47,652 nucleotides of DNA from Anaerohalosphaeraceae bacterium (GTDB lineage Bacteria > Planctomycetota > Phycisphaerae > Sedimentisphaerales > Anaerohalosphaeraceae). The position numbers were made by a program, and so were the translations under genes. Shown piece after piece: positions 46,574 through 47,652 of the stretch. Within the stretch, counting starts at the first letter, position 1. Each line of letters starts with the position of its first letter. A model generated the notes under the pieces. It made no database searches, had not been told where the DNA came from, and worked only from the letters and a program-made list of their open reading frames with translations. Location: contig JBNRMN010000030.1 in the NCBI GenBank assembly GCA_050309605.1, forward strand, positions 1-47,652. Reading direction: 5' to 3'.

Positions 46574-46719
46574 GACGGCAGGCGGATAAAGCGCAAAAAT
46601 CATCATGTAGTGGAATAAAAAGACCCAATAGGCACACAATTTTGACCCGGCCTCACCCCTTCGATTTCCGGTCAAAATTTCGATTATTCCGGTTGAATGT
46701 TTCGTCGGCGCAAACGGGT

Positions 46720-47100
46720 TTAATCCGTTGCCAGCTCCTGGTGCTGCGGCTCGTTTTCCACACGCATAATGACCTCTTCAAACGAGACACACGAATCGGC
46801 GATGAGCTTGATGTGAGAATCTTTGCCGACCAGCATCACACAAAAACGCCCGTTGGGAACACGAAACCGACGGCGCAGGCCGTCGCATCCTTCCGGCGGC
46901 AGATTCTCCGAGCCGATCTGGCCTTGTTGATCTTCGAAAATCTCGGCAACAACCACATCATGGCCGAGCAAAACACTGCGGCGGGCGTCCAGAAGGTCCA
47001 TCTGAATTCGGTAGGTGCGATCCTGCGGCGTCGGAGAAAAAACATACAGACATGAACGATCGGTTTGAGCGTCATTTGGGTGGGGTCCTGCGTTTTTCAT
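46720..47100 (-). CDS. DUF4174-like protein
   Basis: R..LYVFSP...D..YR.Q, LRRRF.V...F.V.LVGKD..IK; SD GGAG; start ATG 47100. Confidence 0.7.
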   Translation of the reverse strand: MKNAGPHPNDAQTDRSCLYVFSPTPQDRTYRIQMDLLDARRSVLLGHDVVVAEIFEDQQGQIGSENLPPEGCDGLRRRFRVPNGRFCVMLVGKDSHIKLIADSCVSFEEVIMRVENEPQHQELATD

Positions 47101-47373
47101 GGTATTTCTCCGCTTAAGGTTGCCACCCTCTCCATCAGTAACACTCACCTTACCACACCAAATCTCAAAAGTCAATAGAAAAACAGAGAATTTATGGGAC
47201 GCCGGGTCGTACCAACCCGAAAACAAAAAGAGATTCGAGCGGTTGACTTTCTTGCCCGCACATGTTTGAACGCAAGGCGCATAAAGAAGACCTCGTCAAT
47301 GGCGAGGCCCTCAAGAACCAATTGCGCTTCAATCGAAAAAACCACGCAGACAAATTCAAGACCTTTATTATCT

Positions 47374-47652
47374 TTACTTGTTACAGCATCTTCGAAGGAA
47401 TACGCCCCCGATACTCAACAACAGCAAAGTCGCTGGCTCGGGAATATAGACGAAGTTGATGTTGTCGATTGTCGGGGTATAGCCGTCAACATCGATAAGC
47501 TGGATGGAAAACGCCGAACCGTCGGCCCAAAAACCGGTCAGCATATTTGTGAGTTCATCGTGTTCATAGCCCATATGATAGAGCGTGATATACGGTTGAA
47601 TTTGACTGTAAACGACCTGTGAGGTTCGCAGACGCTGGATGGTGCCACCGCT
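47374..47652 (-). CDS. PEP-CTERM sorting-domain protein, C-terminal part (5' end outside the window)
   Basis: IPEPATLLLLSIGGVFLRR C-terminus; the reading frame appears to continue to the window edge. Confidence 0.85.
   Translation of the reverse strand, partial: SGGTIQRLRTSQVVYSQIQPYITLYHMGYEHDELTNMLTGFWADGSAFSIQLIDVDGYTPTIDNINFVYIPEPATLLLLSIGGVFLRRCCNK

Noticed and set aside
47200..47335. Hairpins between the PEP-CTERM and DUF4174-like genes as a riboswitch
   Set aside because: The stems are imperfect and match no aptamer consensus I recognise; most likely ordinary 3' UTR structure.

Overview
GC-rich bacterial chromosomal segment, most consistent with a planctomycete of class Phycisphaerae (Sedimentisphaerales-like). 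This assignment is inferred from the Zn-ribbon signal peptidases, the enlarged SecA, the GLUG/dockerin-like and PEP-CTERM proteins and the FHA-histidine kinase. The window is mostly core genes: hemL, alaS, recA, trxA, scpA, trpS, rny-ymdB, miaB, a tsaC::phosphatase fusion, rpiB, two lepB, HU/IHF, a cold-shock protein, mnmE, yidC, secA and efp. Small accessory inserts are a KpnI-like HNH restriction enzyme plus amino-methyltransferase between efp and secA, a truncated HEPN (HI0074-type) gene, an XRE regulator/membrane-protein pair with a 21-bp-periodic operator array, and an AT-rich orphan between yidC and mnmE. The most striking unexplained element is a ~355-nt multi-hairpin non-coding region with its own promoter in front of the RNase Y gene (large ncRNA or autoregulatory leader). 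Other non-coding items are a dispersed REP/REPIN-like element (3 copies), a 51-nt tRNA-like mini-structure between the cold-shock gene and an HNH nuclease, and heptamer tandem repeats at gene ends. I found no rRNA, complete tRNA, CRISPR array or transposase. All calls are by eye from motifs; no searches or folding programs were run.
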